Below are positions 20,045 through 31,397 of a DNA stretch of 57,650 nt, one piece after another. The notes beneath the pieces were generated by a model that searched no databases, was not told where the DNA came from, and worked only from the letters and a program-made list of their open reading frames with translations. Position 1 is the first letter of the stretch; each line of letters begins with the position of its first letter. The translations under genes were made by a program, and so were the position numbers. The DNA is from Alphaproteobacteria bacterium (lineage in GTDB: Bacteria > Pseudomonadota > Alphaproteobacteria > Rickettsiales > Rickettsiaceae), in assembly GCA_020628955.1 (NCBI GenBank), contig JAHDEH010000001.1, positions 14,267-71,916 on the forward strand. Reading direction: 5' to 3'.

Positions 20045-23000
20045 ATGATTATGTCGCATAAGAAAAATCTAAATCAATCTTTATCTCTAAGTAAATTAAA
20101 TTGCCAGCTTAAAGACACAAGCTCAGAAATATTGAAACTTGTTAATGCAAAAAGCAAAGGTGAGTTATATACTAAATTTGTTTGTAATTTTTTAAAATAT
20201 ATTCCAGTAGATTACAGGTCAACCGATAAGGTTTCTATGTTTACCGATTTTACAGAGGAAGCTTTTGATTTTTTTAAAGATAGACCTAAATTAAAACGCA
20301 AAATTTTGATTAATAACGAGCAGTTTCAGAATAATGCAGCTATATCTATTTTAATAGTTGCTGAAAATAGACCGTTTATTATTGATTCATTGAATAGTCT
20401 GATGGATAGATTATCACTTAATACTATATTCACATTCCACCCAGTAATTAACAGCGTAAGAAATAAAAAAGGAGAACTTGAAGATATTGCAGAAAAAGGA
20501 ATGGAAGGGGTCAACGAATCCTTGATCTGCATCAAAGCTCTTGGCACTTACAAAAAAGATGTAATGCAAAAAATTGAAGAAGAGATTAATAAAATAATCG
20601 ATTTGGTGGATTATACTTATCATTCTTGGCAAACATTACTCAATAAGCTAACTGATATTACAGCAGACATAACGCAGCACAAAGATACGTACGACAAAAT
20701 TAATTTACCTGCCGAAGAGACTCTTGATTTTTTAAATTGGCTGCAGAAAAATAATATTACTTTTTTAGGTGCGGTAGATTTTAATGCAGAAACTTCTAAA
20801 ATAACTCATCAAGAAGGGGTAGAGGCAATCTGGAAAGATAATATATCAGAAATTTCAACAATTATAGAATATTCAAAAAGTGATTACTATCAAAACAAAC
20901 TAGCAATGCTTGGAAAAATTAATAAAATATCACCAGTGCACAGAAACGCACTTGTCGATTACATATTAATTAAAAAAATAGATAAGCATGGTAAGTATAA
21001 AGGCGGCAGCATAATATTTGGCCTTTATGGCACTGCTATATATTTCCAGTCTATTAAAAATATACCAATCCTGCGCGGAAAAATGAGCTATGTACTAGAC
21101 GAGTCAGGTTTCCCACTCAATGGCTATAATGCCAAGAAAATAAAAAATATTATAGAATCACTGCCGCGTGATATATTGATACAAATAGATGATAATGATC
21201 TATATTGCATGTGCGCTCATATGCTTTCTAGTATGCGCAGCCATAAACTAAAATTATTCATGCAGCAAGATTGGTCTGGATCTTTTGTAAATGTCATTAT
21301 TTTCATGCCACGTCATAGACTAACTCCGCAAGTATATAATAAAATAAGTTGCTACTTAAAGGAAAAATTTAACAGTAATATAATTGCTGACAATATCACC
21401 GTTGTTGCACAAAATTTTTCGCATCTATTTACAACATTGCCGATTAAAAATATAGAAGAGCTAGACATTGATGCAAAAGCAATGGAGCAAGATTTGGTAA
21501 AGCTAACCACTAGCTGGTCTGATAGTTTTATGAATAAATTATGCGATGCTTATGGCGAATATGAAGCAAGCGTTAAGTATAAAGATTTAATAGAATCGTT
21601 TTCTCAAGAATATCAACATAGATTTGAAGCTATTAACGCAATAGAAGACATGCATTTTATTAAAAAAGCATCAGAAAATAAAAAAGTATTATTCAATTTG
21701 TCGCAAGGAGATAAAGGCGAGTATTTCTTGAAATTTTATAGCCCAAAATCTAGCTTAACTTTGTCAGAGACTCTTCCATCTATAGAAAATTTAGGTTTCA
21801 TTGCCATAAATGAAGAAAGTTTTGTCATTAAAGAATCCTCTATATTTAACAAATGCTATTTATACCAATATAGACTAAAATCTCCAGTTAAAATTAATGA
21901 AAGCTTCGATAAGCTAAAAAGCAATATAGAAGAAGCTTTGGGCAAAATTAGTGAAGGGGTTTTTGCAAATGACAGTCTAAATAAATTACTTGTTTTATCT
22001 GGACTTGATTGGCGAGAAGTAAAGATGCTAAAAGCATTAACTGCTTACCTGCACCAAACAGGGATATCATATGGTAAAAGTTATGTTAAAGATACATTAG
22101 TCAAACACTATAAATATACTGAAATGCTAGTTGATTTATTTGTAGCACATCTTGACCCTAAAAATCAATGTACAAGTAAAGTTAGTGAACTATCTAAAGA
22201 GATGAAAAAATACCTTAAAACTGTTAAAACCAGCACAGAGGATAAAGTTCTTAAAAACATGCAGCTTGTTGTGCGTGCCGTGCTCAGAACTAATTTTTTC
22301 CAAGCAGATGATAAAACTGGAGATTTAAAGGAATATATTTCTTTTAAATTTAATTCTGCAAAAGTACCGAACTTGCCAATGCCACTTCCATATGCAGAAA
22401 TTTTTGTATATTCAAATGATTTTGAAGGAATTCATTTGCGCGGCGGTAAAGTAGCGCGCGGTGGTCTTAGATGGTCAGATAGAGGAGAAGACTATAGAAC
22501 AGAAGTTTTGGGACTGATGAAATCACAAATGACAAAGAACACTGTTATAGTTCCAGTTGGCTCTAAAGGAGCATTTTATATCAATTTTGGACAAGGGGAT
22601 GATAGCAGAGAAGATTATATGCAAAAAGTAGTAAATTGCTATCAAAACTACTTAAGAGGAATGCTAGATATTACTGATAATTTAGTACATGGCAAGATAG
22701 TTCAGCCAGAAAACACAGTGATTTATGATGATGCTAATCCTTATTTAGTTGTTGCAGCTGATAAAGGCACAGCAACATTTTCTGACTTTGCCAATGAAGT
22801 TTCTGAAAGTTATAATTTTTGGCTAGGCGACGCATTTGCATCTGGTGGCTCGGTTGGCTATGATCATAAAAAAATGGGTATTACAGCTAAAGGAGCTTGG
22901 ATTTCAGCAGTTCAGCATTTTCAAGATATGGGCACTGATATTCAAAATGAACCTTTTACAGTAATCGGTATTGGTGATATGTCTGGCGATGTATTTGGTA

Positions 23001-24853
23001 ATGGCATGCTATTATCTGAGCACATAAAGCTAGTTGCAGCATTCAACCATTTACATATTTTTATTGACCCAAACCCAGATACTACAGCGAGCTTTAAGGA
23101 GCGAAAGAGGCTATTTGAAACCCCTAGAACTAAATGGAGCGACTATAATGCAGGGTTACTATCAACAGGCGGAGCCATATATGAACGCACTGCTAAAAGC
23201 ATTACTATATCAGACGAAATCGCTTTGATGCTAGGTATAACTGAAAAAACATTAGCGCCGGATTTGTTGATTCAACATATCCTCAAAGCAAAAGTAGATT
23301 TAATATGGAATGGTGGAATTGGAACCTATGTTAAAGCAGAATCTGAAAGTAATTTCGACATTGGCGACAAAGCAAATGATAGTTTAAGAGTAAATGGCAA
23401 TGAGCTACAAGCACGAGCAGTAAGCGAAGGTGGAAACCTAGGACTTTCGCAACTTGGAAGAGTTGAATATTCACTCGTCGGTGGTGTTATCAATACAGAT
23501 TTTATTGACAATTCTGCAGGAGTTGATTGCTCTGACCACGAGGTAAACATAAAAATTGCCCTTAATATGGCAGTTGCTTCTGGAAAAATTACTACAGAAG
23601 AAAGAAATGATATTTTAGCACAGATGACAGAAGAAGTTGAAGAGCTAGTCTTGCAAGATAATAATGATCAGAATCTAGCTATAACAGTCATGGCAAAATC
23701 CCCAGTAACTAACATAGAGTCATTCTCGCATCTGATGCAAGAGCTAGAAGCAAGTAATATACTAGATAGTGAAGTTGAATTCCTGCCAAATAAAGCCGAA
23801 CTAACGCGCAGAGAAATGAGCGGAGAGGGAATGACAAGGCCTGAACTGTCTGTTCTTTTATCCTACAGCAAAATGGCACTTGACCTCGATTTATCTAGTG
23901 CGTCACTTATGCAAGATAAGCATTTTGAGGGGCATTTATATAATTATTTCCCTAAATTAATGCAAGAAAAATTCACGGAAGAAATAGATAAACACCCCCT
24001 AAAGCAAGAAATAATACGCACTATTGTAACTAATAAAATGATAAATCGCCTTGGCGGCCCTATTATCAGCTCTTTAAAAAGAGAAACAGGTGCGCACCCG
24101 TGTGATCTTGCCAGGGCTTATGAAGTTGTGGTTAAAATATTTGATCTAGAAACTTTATGGAACGATATTGTTGCTCTTAAAAATTCTGTAGATGTAGAGA
24201 TAAAAGTTGAAATGCTTTCAGATCTTGGCAGAATAATAAGACGAGGTATCAGCTGGTTCGTCCGCAATGTAGACCATCCAATACCAATACAAGGAACTAT
24301 AGATGAATATGCTGAGCAAACTAGAGAGCTAACAAAAATTATCAGTAAACTTTTGGTTGGCAGTATAAAATCTAAATATTTGAATAAAATTGAAAAATAT
24401 AGCAAGGCTGGTGTAAATAAAAATCTAGCTAAATCAGTTTCAACACTGGAAGTATTAGTTTCTGCATTTGATATTATTTATATTGCAAAACAGATTAAAT
24501 CAGATAATCAAACTGTGGCTAATTTATATTTTGAATGCGGAAATTTATTTAGTTTGGATTGGCTCAGATATTCATGCGATGCAAAAAGAAGCGACTCATA
24601 CTGGCATAGATTATCATTGCAATCTTTAAAAGATGATTTTTATGATAAACAGCGTGTTTTAGTTACAAAAGTTGCACAAGCGCAACAAAATAATATTAAT
24701 TTTAACAGTTGGCTTAAGATAAATTCATCAAATGCTGGTGTTTTTAATGAATTTATAGAAGAATTAAAGATGCAAGAACATGTAGATTTTGATATGATTA
24801 TACTTGCTAATAAAAAATTAGAGATATTTTTAAAAAAATTAAAAATAAATTAA
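20045..24853 (+). CDS. gdhB: large NAD-specific glutamate dehydrogenase (ORF from 20030)
   Basis: ARGGLRWSDR, VPVGSKG, YLVVAADKGTATFSD, GDMSGDVFGNG and DNSAGVDCSDHEVNIK; about 1,600 aa. Confidence 0.95.
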   Translation: MIMSHKKNLNQSLSLSKLNCQLKDTSSEILKLVNAKSKGELYTKFVCNFLKYIPVDYRSTDKVSMFTDFTEEAFDFFKDRPKLKRKILINNEQFQNNAAISILIVAENRPFIIDSLNSLMDRLSLNTIFTFHPVINSVRNKKGELEDIAEKGMEGVNESLICIKALGTYKKDVMQKIEEEINKIIDLVDYTYHSWQTLLNKLTDITADITQHKDTYDKINLPAEETLDFLNWLQKNNITFLGAVDFNAETSKITHQEGVEAIWKDNISEISTIIEYSKSDYYQNKLAMLGKINKISPVHRNALVDYILIKKIDKHGKYKGGSIIFGLYGTAIYFQSIKNIPILRGKMSYVLDESGFPLNGYNAKKIKNIIESLPRDILIQIDDNDLYCMCAHMLSSMRSHKLKLFMQQDWSGSFVNVIIFMPRHRLTPQVYNKISCYLKEKFNSNIIADNITVVAQNFSHLFTTLPIKNIEELDIDAKAMEQDLVKLTTSWSDSFMNKLCDAYGEYEASVKYKDLIESFSQEYQHRFEAINAIEDMHFIKKASENKKVLFNLSQGDKGEYFLKFYSPKSSLTLSETLPSIENLGFIAINEESFVIKESSIFNKCYLYQYRLKSPVKINESFDKLKSNIEEALGKISEGVFANDSLNKLLVLSGLDWREVKMLKALTAYLHQTGISYGKSYVKDTLVKHYKYTEMLVDLFVAHLDPKNQCTSKVSELSKEMKKYLKTVKTSTEDKVLKNMQLVVRAVLRTNFFQADDKTGDLKEYISFKFNSAKVPNLPMPLPYAEIFVYSNDFEGIHLRGGKVARGGLRWSDRGEDYRTEVLGLMKSQMTKNTVIVPVGSKGAFYINFGQGDDSREDYMQKVVNCYQNYLRGMLDITDNLVHGKIVQPENTVIYDDANPYLVVAADKGTATFSDFANEVSESYNFWLGDAFASGGSVGYDHKKMGITAKGAWISAVQHFQDMGTDIQNEPFTVIGIGDMSGDVFGNGMLLSEHIKLVAAFNHLHIFIDPNPDTTASFKERKRLFETPRTKWSDYNAGLLSTGGAIYERTAKSITISDEIALMLGITEKTLAPDLLIQHILKAKVDLIWNGGIGTYVKAESESNFDIGDKANDSLRVNGNELQARAVSEGGNLGLSQLGRVEYSLVGGVINTDFIDNSAGVDCSDHEVNIKIALNMAVASGKITTEERNDILAQMTEEVEELVLQDNNDQNLAITVMAKSPVTNIESFSHLMQELEASNILDSEVEFLPNKAELTRREMSGEGMTRPELSVLLSYSKMALDLDLSSASLMQDKHFEGHLYNYFPKLMQEKFTEEIDKHPLKQEIIRTIVTNKMINRLGGPIISSLKRETGAHPCDLARAYEVVVKIFDLETLWNDIVALKNSVDVEIKVEMLSDLGRIIRRGISWFVRNVDHPIPIQGTIDEYAEQTRELTKIISKLLVGSIKSKYLNKIEKYSKAGVNKNLAKSVSTLEVLVSAFDIIYIAKQIKSDNQTVANLYFECGNLFSLDWLRYSCDAKRSDSYWHRLSLQSLKDDFYDKQRVLVTKVAQAQQNNINFNSWLKINSSNAGVFNEFIEELKMQEHVDFDMIILANKKLEIFLKKLKIN

Positions 24854-24854
24854 A

Positions 24855-25193
24855 ATGAGCTTGGAACTTAAAAAGGCAAGAGAAGAAGCAGGACTTTCTA
24901 TAGAAGATGTTTCAAAGGCCTTAAATATTAGAAAACAATATATCAAAGAACTTGAAAAAGGTAACCTAGACTCCTTGCCTGGAAAAGTTTACATAAAAGG
25001 CTATACAAAAATGTATTGTGAATTCTTGGGTATAGAAGCGCCAAGCAAAAAAATCATTAGCAAAAAGAATAAGAAAAAGAGTAAAACGAAAAAAATAGCT
25101 AAAACTACTAAAAATAAATATTTTATTACATTTTTTTCTGCTATATTGTTGATTATAGTAGTAATTACATATATAAATATACAAGAATTATAA
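24855..25193 (+). CDS. short RodZ-like HTH membrane protein
   Basis: HTH_25-type LKKARE..LNIRKQYI..LE..LPGKVYIKGY, basic linker, C-terminal TM. Confidence 0.75.
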   Translation: MSLELKKAREEAGLSIEDVSKALNIRKQYIKELEKGNLDSLPGKVYIKGYTKMYCEFLGIEAPSKKIISKKNKKKSKTKKIAKTTKNKYFITFFSAILLIIVVITYINIQEL

Positions 25194-25205
25194 ATAAATG
25201 ATTAT

Positions 25206-25439
25206 ATGGAAATAACAAAATCTAATCTATTAGAAATTATTGAAGAAATCAGCTCAAAAATAGATAATATGAATATGAAATTGCAAAAGCAAGAGCAATT
25301 TATTCAGGAACTAAAAGAAAAGAATGAAATATTAAAGCAGAATAATCAAGCTACTTTAGAGCAAATAACAGAATATATTCAAGAATTAGAGCAAATAAGA
25401 AATCATTATGTCGATAGTAACGATAAAAATAGGGGGTAG
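25206..25439 (+). CDS. small coiled-coil protein (ZapB/DUF4164-like partner of ZapA)
   Basis: Heptad-rich 77 aa; overlaps the zapA start. Confidence 0.6.
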   Translation: MEITKSNLLEIIEEISSKIDNMNMKLQKQEQFIQELKEKNEILKQNNQATLEQITEYIQELEQIRNHYVDSNDKNRG

Positions 25440-25719
25440 AAGCTTTAATCTGTCTTGCGATGAAGACAGTAGAGCAAGAATTTCTACACTGGCAGAGAAG
25501 CTGGACTTAGAAATAGATGCCAGAAAACAAGCAAGTCCAAGCGCAAGCTTTGAATTATCTTTGATAATTACAGCGCTTAATTTAATGGATGAAAAACTAT
25601 CAAAAGAAGAAAAATCTGGCGGGCAGGCGCTTGAAAATGCTAATGCAGATTTTCACAAACAATTATTTTCAATTCATGAAGAATTAAAAAAACTTGCGCA
25701 AAAGGCAGAAAAATGCTAA
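25408..25719 (+). CDS. zapA: cell division protein ZapA
   Basis: VTIKIGGRSFNLSC and ITALNLMDE; followed by 6S RNA. Confidence 0.85.
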   Translation: MSIVTIKIGGRSFNLSCDEDSRARISTLAEKLDLEIDARKQASPSASFELSLIITALNLMDEKLSKEEKSGGQALENANADFHKQLFSIHEELKKLAQKAEKC

Positions 25720-25722
25720 ATT
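25694..25722 (+). promoter_or_regulatory. putative sigma70 promoter for 6S RNA
   Basis: TTGCGC-N17-TAAATT with extended TG, at the zapA 3' end. Confidence 0.5.
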
Positions 25723-25764
25723 AGGGCAGTTAAACAACTGCGCTTTTTAGCGCGTTAACTATTT

Positions 25765-25929
25765 TTTGGGCTACTTTGTACGCTTGGAGCGATATTTTAA
25801 TCCTTTGAGCTATAATTATATAACGGGATTGGTCACTGACATCATCGTGGTGTTGTTATTACCGGGCCCACTTTTACAAAAAAGGTTCTCTTATGGTGAA
25901 CTTGCTTTTTGCGGCTATAGTGGTCCTAA
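25765..25929 (+). ncRNA. ssrS: 6S RNA (boundaries approximate)
   Basis: About 165 nt downstream of zapA (conserved position); closing stem GGGCTACT / AGTGGTCC; internal TTGAGC and GGGCCCAC segments. Confidence 0.75.
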
Positions 25930-25951
25930 ATATACAATTACATAAAAATAC

Positions 25952-27193
25952 ATGTACAATCAAACAAATAATAATATACAAAATATTACAGCGTGGCTGA
26001 GCATAACTTTATTTTATTGCTATCAATATATTGTAAGGATTCTGCCAAATATAATAGAACCTAATTTAACGGATAAATATGGTGTAGATGTTTCAGCATT
26101 TGCAGATTTTGCTAGTATTTACTATCTAGGTTATGTTGCAGTTCACATACCAATCGGCATTGCTTTTACAAAATTTGGCGCAAAAAAAACATTGCCAATA
26201 TTTATTGCTCTGACGGCTCTTGGTCTATACCCCCTAGTATATTGCGATTGCTGGTATCAGGTCATCTGGGGCAGAATAATAAATGGAGTTGGTTCGTCTG
26301 CAGCAATTGTTGGGGCGCTGCAAGTTTTTAGAACAATATACCCAAGGAATTTTTCACAAGTTTTGGGATTAACAGTATGCGCTAGCATACTCACAGCAGT
26401 TTTTATCAGCGCCCCGCTATCACAGGTGATTCATAATATAGGGTTTGATAATACTGTAAAAATTATAATGTATTCTGGATTATTACTGGCAATAGTCAGC
26501 TATTTTATTATACCTGAAGCTAGCCATTTAGAAGTAAATTCCAATATATTTAACAGCATGAAAACAGTTTTATTAAATTATAAAATAATAATTTTAAGCC
26601 TGTGCGCTGGCTTGATGGTTGGAACGCTTGAAGGGTTTGGTGACGCATGGGGAAGCAAATTTTTGCTAGGAGTATACGCTATTCCAAAAGCAGATGCAGA
26701 TAAGATTATACTATCCATATTTATAGGTATGTGCGCTGGATGCATTATTTTACCATATATTGCTGAAAAATTTAATAAACATATTTGTATAACTATTTTG
26801 TCAGGTATAGCTATTATTTTATCTTTTGTATATATTTTAAGTCAAAATGCAGTGCCAGAAATTTTATATTATGCATGTTTTGCATCTGGTTTATTCTCTG
26901 CTTATCAAGTAGTTATTTTGCCCAAAATAATTACTTATGTTCCTGAAAAAATCAGTGGTTTTGCGGCTTCAATTGCCAATATGATCATTATGGCGTTTGG
27001 CATGTATTTTCACAAAGCAATAGCGGCACTATTAGATTTTAAATGGGACGGTTTAAAAATGGGTCAATATAAAGTTTACAATGCAGATGCTTATGTTTGG
27101 GCAATTTCTGTGATACCTGCGTCTATATTAGTTGCAATTATTGGTCTACTTGTTATACTTGCAATAGACAATATGCAACCAGCTCAAAAATAA
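25952..27193 (+). CDS. MFS transporter
   Basis: About 12 TM; FYCYQYIVRILP, HIPIG..FGAKK and GRIINGVGSS. Confidence 0.85.
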   Translation: MYNQTNNNIQNITAWLSITLFYCYQYIVRILPNIIEPNLTDKYGVDVSAFADFASIYYLGYVAVHIPIGIAFTKFGAKKTLPIFIALTALGLYPLVYCDCWYQVIWGRIINGVGSSAAIVGALQVFRTIYPRNFSQVLGLTVCASILTAVFISAPLSQVIHNIGFDNTVKIIMYSGLLLAIVSYFIIPEASHLEVNSNIFNSMKTVLLNYKIIILSLCAGLMVGTLEGFGDAWGSKFLLGVYAIPKADADKIILSIFIGMCAGCIILPYIAEKFNKHICITILSGIAIILSFVYILSQNAVPEILYYACFASGLFSAYQVVILPKIITYVPEKISGFAASIANMIIMAFGMYFHKAIAALLDFKWDGLKMGQYKVYNADAYVWAISVIPASILVAIIGLLVILAIDNMQPAQK

Positions 27194-27200
27194 ATTCTTT

Positions 27201-28553
27201 ATGCAAATAATGCGATATTTTTTATTATTACTAATATTAATTGCTAATGTTTGCCATGCAGATAATATTAAAGCAAAAATACTATCTGAAATAAAAAAAA
27301 CAGATCCAAATATCAATATTGGCATAAAAATTGTAAATTTAGATAAAAACAAAATTATATTTGCTCGTAATGTAAATAGGCTCTACACACCTGCAAGTAC
27401 ATTAAAATTTATTACAGCTATAAATGCATACAGATATTTAGGCAATGATTTTAAATTTTACAACAAATTGTTATATTTGGACAATAAATTTTACCTAAAA
27501 ATACATAACCCTGATTTCAATGATAATGATTTAGAAGAAATTGCTACAAAAATAAAGCAATATGCAAATCAAAATAATATAAGTAAAATTAACATACAAA
27601 TTATCAAAGATAATTTTGCCCTGCCTCCTATTTCACCGCAAAAAATATATAATGATGTAAATTATTGCTATGGAGCTCCGGTCACTAAGATGCATATTAA
27701 TAAAAATTGTAGTAAAGTTATAGTTAAAACTTCTCAGCCTGGGCAAAATTTATTGGTAGAAGCTCCGCCGAATTTTCCTTATATTATAAATAATGAAGCA
27801 ATTACAGTAAAAAAAGGGCAACCAGATCGCTTATTTGTAAAGATTAATAATGGCATATACAATATTACAGGTACATTGAGCAAAAATTATAGCACGGTTC
27901 CAATATCAGGAGTGGTAGATGATGAATTTCAAAATATACAGCAACATTTATTGCATTTGCTCAAAGAAAATAATTTAAATTTTACCATTAATTTTATTGA
28001 TGAATTGCCAAAAAATAAAAATGCAGAATTGATTTATGAAAAAAATATATCTCTAAAAGCACTTATTTCTGAGGCTTTAAAAAAATCTGATAACTTCATT
28101 ACAGACTATCTATTTGCAGAAATTTCAGATGGTAGCAATCAATGGCGCCATGCAGCAAATTCTTTAAAAGACAGAACGAACCAATATTGGGATGTTGATT
28201 TAACAAAAACCCGGATTAATGACGGCAGTGGCATATCGCACCTGAATAAGCTAACTCCTAATCATTTTTCAGATTTACTGAGAGCTGTGTCCAAATCCAG
28301 TCACTTTGAAAATATTAAAAAGATGATGGCTGGCAATAGCGATAGCAGCGCTTTAAGCAAACGGTTTACGGGTAAAAAATTTAAAATTCATGCCAAAACT
28401 GGTAGTTTGAGCGGTGTATCTTCCATGGTAGGCTATTTTTATAATAAAAAAAATGAACTACATAGCTTTGTAATTATGACAAATAATTTTCTTGGTTCAA
28501 ATGCAAAATATCGCAAACTAGAAGAAAATATAATTTCCCATGTTGCTAAGTAG
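27201..28553 (+). CDS. dacB: D-Ala-D-Ala carboxypeptidase/endopeptidase (PBP4, peptidase S13)
   Basis: PASTLK (SxxK), SDN, DGSGIS and AKTGSL; signal peptide. Confidence 0.88.
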   Translation: MQIMRYFLLLLILIANVCHADNIKAKILSEIKKTDPNINIGIKIVNLDKNKIIFARNVNRLYTPASTLKFITAINAYRYLGNDFKFYNKLLYLDNKFYLKIHNPDFNDNDLEEIATKIKQYANQNNISKINIQIIKDNFALPPISPQKIYNDVNYCYGAPVTKMHINKNCSKVIVKTSQPGQNLLVEAPPNFPYIINNEAITVKKGQPDRLFVKINNGIYNITGTLSKNYSTVPISGVVDDEFQNIQQHLLHLLKENNLNFTINFIDELPKNKNAELIYEKNISLKALISEALKKSDNFITDYLFAEISDGSNQWRHAANSLKDRTNQYWDVDLTKTRINDGSGISHLNKLTPNHFSDLLRAVSKSSHFENIKKMMAGNSDSSALSKRFTGKKFKIHAKTGSLSGVSSMVGYFYNKKNELHSFVIMTNNFLGSNAKYRKLEENIISHVAK

Positions 28554-28593
28554 GCAATTATGATAAAAAAGCAGCCAAAAATAAAAAAACATT

Positions 28594-28962
28594 ATGATTA
28601 AAGGCGTAGGAACAGATATTGTAAATACTGACAGAATAGAATCTATCTATAAAAAATTTGGTGAAGATTTTTTAAACAAAAACTTTCACCCTTTTGAAAT
28701 AGAAAGGTTTCATAAACTTCCTAAAAATAAAAGAACCTCATTTTTAGCAAAACGTTTTGCTGGAAAAGAAGCAGTTGCCAAAGCGCTTGGTAGCGGCATA
28801 GGAAGTAGTGTTGCATTCAAAGACATAGCGATATTAAACAATGATAAAGGCGCACCATATGTAGCGACGCTAGATGTTCATGGTATAAAAACAGAAAAAA
28901 TTTCTATATCTCTATCAGAAGATTCGCCTTTTGCAGTTGCATTCGTTGTCATAACTATGTAA
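28594..28962 (+). CDS. acpS: holo-ACP synthase
   Basis: GVGTDIV, AKRFAGKEAVAKALG and GAP motifs. Confidence 0.93.
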   Translation: MIKGVGTDIVNTDRIESIYKKFGEDFLNKNFHPFEIERFHKLPKNKRTSFLAKRFAGKEAVAKALGSGIGSSVAFKDIAILNNDKGAPYVATLDVHGIKTEKISISLSEDSPFAVAFVVITM

Positions 28963-29010
28963 AATAATTAAGTAAACGCGCTTAGGTATTAAAAAAAACA
29001 ATATAAAATC

Positions 29011-30429
29011 ATGTTATTACTAGAAATTAAAAAAAATAAAAAAATATTGGGCACAATACATTTTGTTGGTATTGGTGGCATAGGCATGAGTGGAATTGCT
29101 GAAATTATGCATAACCTTGGATACAATATTCAAGGCTCAGACTTGTCTGAAAATAGTAATACTGCCAGGTTAAAAAAAATGGGCATCAAAATATATAAAG
29201 GACATGATGCGCATAATATTAAAAACGCCTCTTATATTGTTATATCTTCAGCAATCAAAGAGGATAACCCAGAAATAATAGCTGCAAAAAATAATAAAGT
29301 ACCAATTATTAAAAGAGCAGAAATGCTTGCGGAATTAATGCGCCTTAAATGTTCGGTAGCAATCTCTGGCTCGCACGGCAAAACCACCACTACTTCTTTA
29401 GTGGCTTGCTTATTTGAAGCAGCTGGTCTTGCGCCAACTGTAATTAATGGCGGTATAATTAATAACAGAGATACAAATGCATATGTTGGTAGCGGCGATT
29501 ATTTGATCGCAGAAGCAGATGAATCTGATGCAACTTTTATCAAGATCCCTTCAACTATTGGCGTCATCACTAACATAGATCCTGAACATATGGATTATTA
29601 TAAAGATTTTGCAACTTTGAAAAAAGCTTTTGCAAGTTTTTATAGCAATTTACCATTCTATGGGTTTGGCGTTGCGTGCATAGATCACCCAGTTGTACGT
29701 GAAATAGTAGATAATTTTTCAGGTAGAAAGGTGATTACTTATGGAATAGATTCTGAAGATGCAGATATTATTGCCTATAATATAAAATCAGATACATATA
29801 GCTCCACATTTGATATAAAAATACAAATGCCTTGCCAAAGCGGCGCGACTATTCTAGAAGACATAACAATACCAACGCCTGGCAAACATAACGTCCTTAA
29901 CTCTTTAGCTGCAATTGCTATAGGAATAGAGCTTGATTTTGGTATTAAAGTAATCAAAAATGGTTTCCGTGAATTTTGTGGTGTTAAGCGCAGATTTACT
30001 AAAGTATGTACGCATGAAGGGGCAGAAATTATAGATGACTACGCACACCATCCGGTAGAAATAAAGGCAACAATAGCAGCAGCCAAAACCATTACTAAAA
30101 AAAGAGATGGTAAAATTTATGCATTTTTCCAGCCACATAAATACTCAAGACTACAAGATTTATTTGATGATTTTGCTAGCAGCTTTGTTGGCGCAGACGA
30201 AGTGTTTATACTAGATGTTTTTGCAGCTGGTGAATCTCCAATAGCTGGTATTAATTCAGAAAGCCTAACAAAAAAAATCAAAGAACTAGGTATAACGGCA
30301 AATTATTTGGCAGATCATGGTAATATGGCAAGAATAGTACGGCAAAAAGCAAGTAAGGGTGATATTTTTCTAATGATGGGTGCAGGCACAATCAGCAAAT
30401 GGACCAATAATTTACCAAGTGAGTTATGA
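29011..30429 (+). CDS. murC: UDP-N-acetylmuramate--L-alanine ligase
   Basis: [27 protein letters not shown] and DDYAHHP. Confidence 0.97.
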   Translation: MLLLEIKKNKKILGTIHFVGIGGIGMSGIAEIMHNLGYNIQGSDLSENSNTARLKKMGIKIYKGHDAHNIKNASYIVISSAIKEDNPEIIAAKNNKVPIIKRAEMLAELMRLKCSVAISGSHGKTTTTSLVACLFEAAGLAPTVINGGIINNRDTNAYVGSGDYLIAEADESDATFIKIPSTIGVITNIDPEHMDYYKDFATLKKAFASFYSNLPFYGFGVACIDHPVVREIVDNFSGRKVITYGIDSEDADIIAYNIKSDTYSSTFDIKIQMPCQSGATILEDITIPTPGKHNVLNSLAAIAIGIELDFGIKVIKNGFREFCGVKRRFTKVCTHEGAEIIDDYAHHPVEIKATIAAAKTITKKRDGKIYAFFQPHKYSRLQDLFDDFASSFVGADEVFILDVFAAGESPIAGINSESLTKKIKELGITANYLADHGNMARIVRQKASKGDIFLMMGAGTISKWTNNLPSEL

Positions 30430-30448
30430 TTAGATATAGAATAAATAT

Positions 30449-31396
30449 ATGGTGCTGTGCAAAATGACTAAAGAATTGCCAAAAATTTTAGGAAAATATA
30501 AACTAAATTATAACATTGCACACCTAACTTGGTTTAAAGTAGGCGGAAATGCCGAGATATTATTCAAACCAAAAGATGCATATGATTTGATAAATTTCCT
30601 AAAACAAAATGCGCAAAACTCAGAGAATAAATTACCCATAACAGTAATTGGAGCTGGCTCGAATCTGATAGTGCGCGATGGCGGTATTGATGGTTTTGTT
30701 GTGAAGCTTGGCGCTGGATTCACTGAAATTAATATCAATAAAGAGGGGCTATTGGAAGTTGGAGGCGGATGCCTTAATTACAATTTATCTCGCTTTGCTT
30801 TGCAAAATAATATTAAAAATTTTGAATTTTTAGTTGGAATTCCTGGCACTATTGGTGGCGGTGTTTGCATGAATGCAGGAGCTTATGGCAATGAATTTAA
30901 GGATATTTTAAAATATGTGCATGCAGTCGACCATGAGGGCAACGAGTTTAAAATAACAATAAACTCAGAGAGCTTTTCTTACAGAAAAAATCATTTAAAT
31001 CTGCTTCATCTGAATAATACAGCAAAAGGAGGCTTAATTTTTACTAAAGCTATTTTTAATGTGGAAAAAGGCGATGCTGAAGAAATATCTAAAAAAATGC
31101 GGTTGATTAATGAAAAACGCAGCTCTACGCAACCAATTACAGAAAAAACAGGGGGAAGTACTTTTGCAAACCCTTCCGGCGCATTGAAAGCATGGGAACT
31201 AGTTGATAAAATAGGCTTTCGAGGCAAATCCCACCGAGGCGCGAGGATGTCTGAAAAACATTGTAATTTTATGATCAATGATGGAACAGCGACAGCTAGC
31301 GACATGGAAGAACTCGGCGATAGCATTATTGAAAAAGTTAAATCAGAAACTGGCGTTGAGCTGAAATGGGAAATTAAAATAATAGGTAAAAAATAA
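30449..31396 (+). CDS. murB: UDP-N-acetylmuramate dehydrogenase
   Basis: [29 protein letters not shown] and KHCNF. Confidence 0.95.
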   Translation: MVLCKMTKELPKILGKYKLNYNIAHLTWFKVGGNAEILFKPKDAYDLINFLKQNAQNSENKLPITVIGAGSNLIVRDGGIDGFVVKLGAGFTEININKEGLLEVGGGCLNYNLSRFALQNNIKNFEFLVGIPGTIGGGVCMNAGAYGNEFKDILKYVHAVDHEGNEFKITINSESFSYRKNHLNLLHLNNTAKGGLIFTKAIFNVEKGDAEEISKKMRLINEKRSSTQPITEKTGGSTFANPSGALKAWELVDKIGFRGKSHRGARMSEKHCNFMINDGTATASDMEELGDSIIEKVKSETGVELKWEIKIIGKK

Positions 31397-31397
31397 T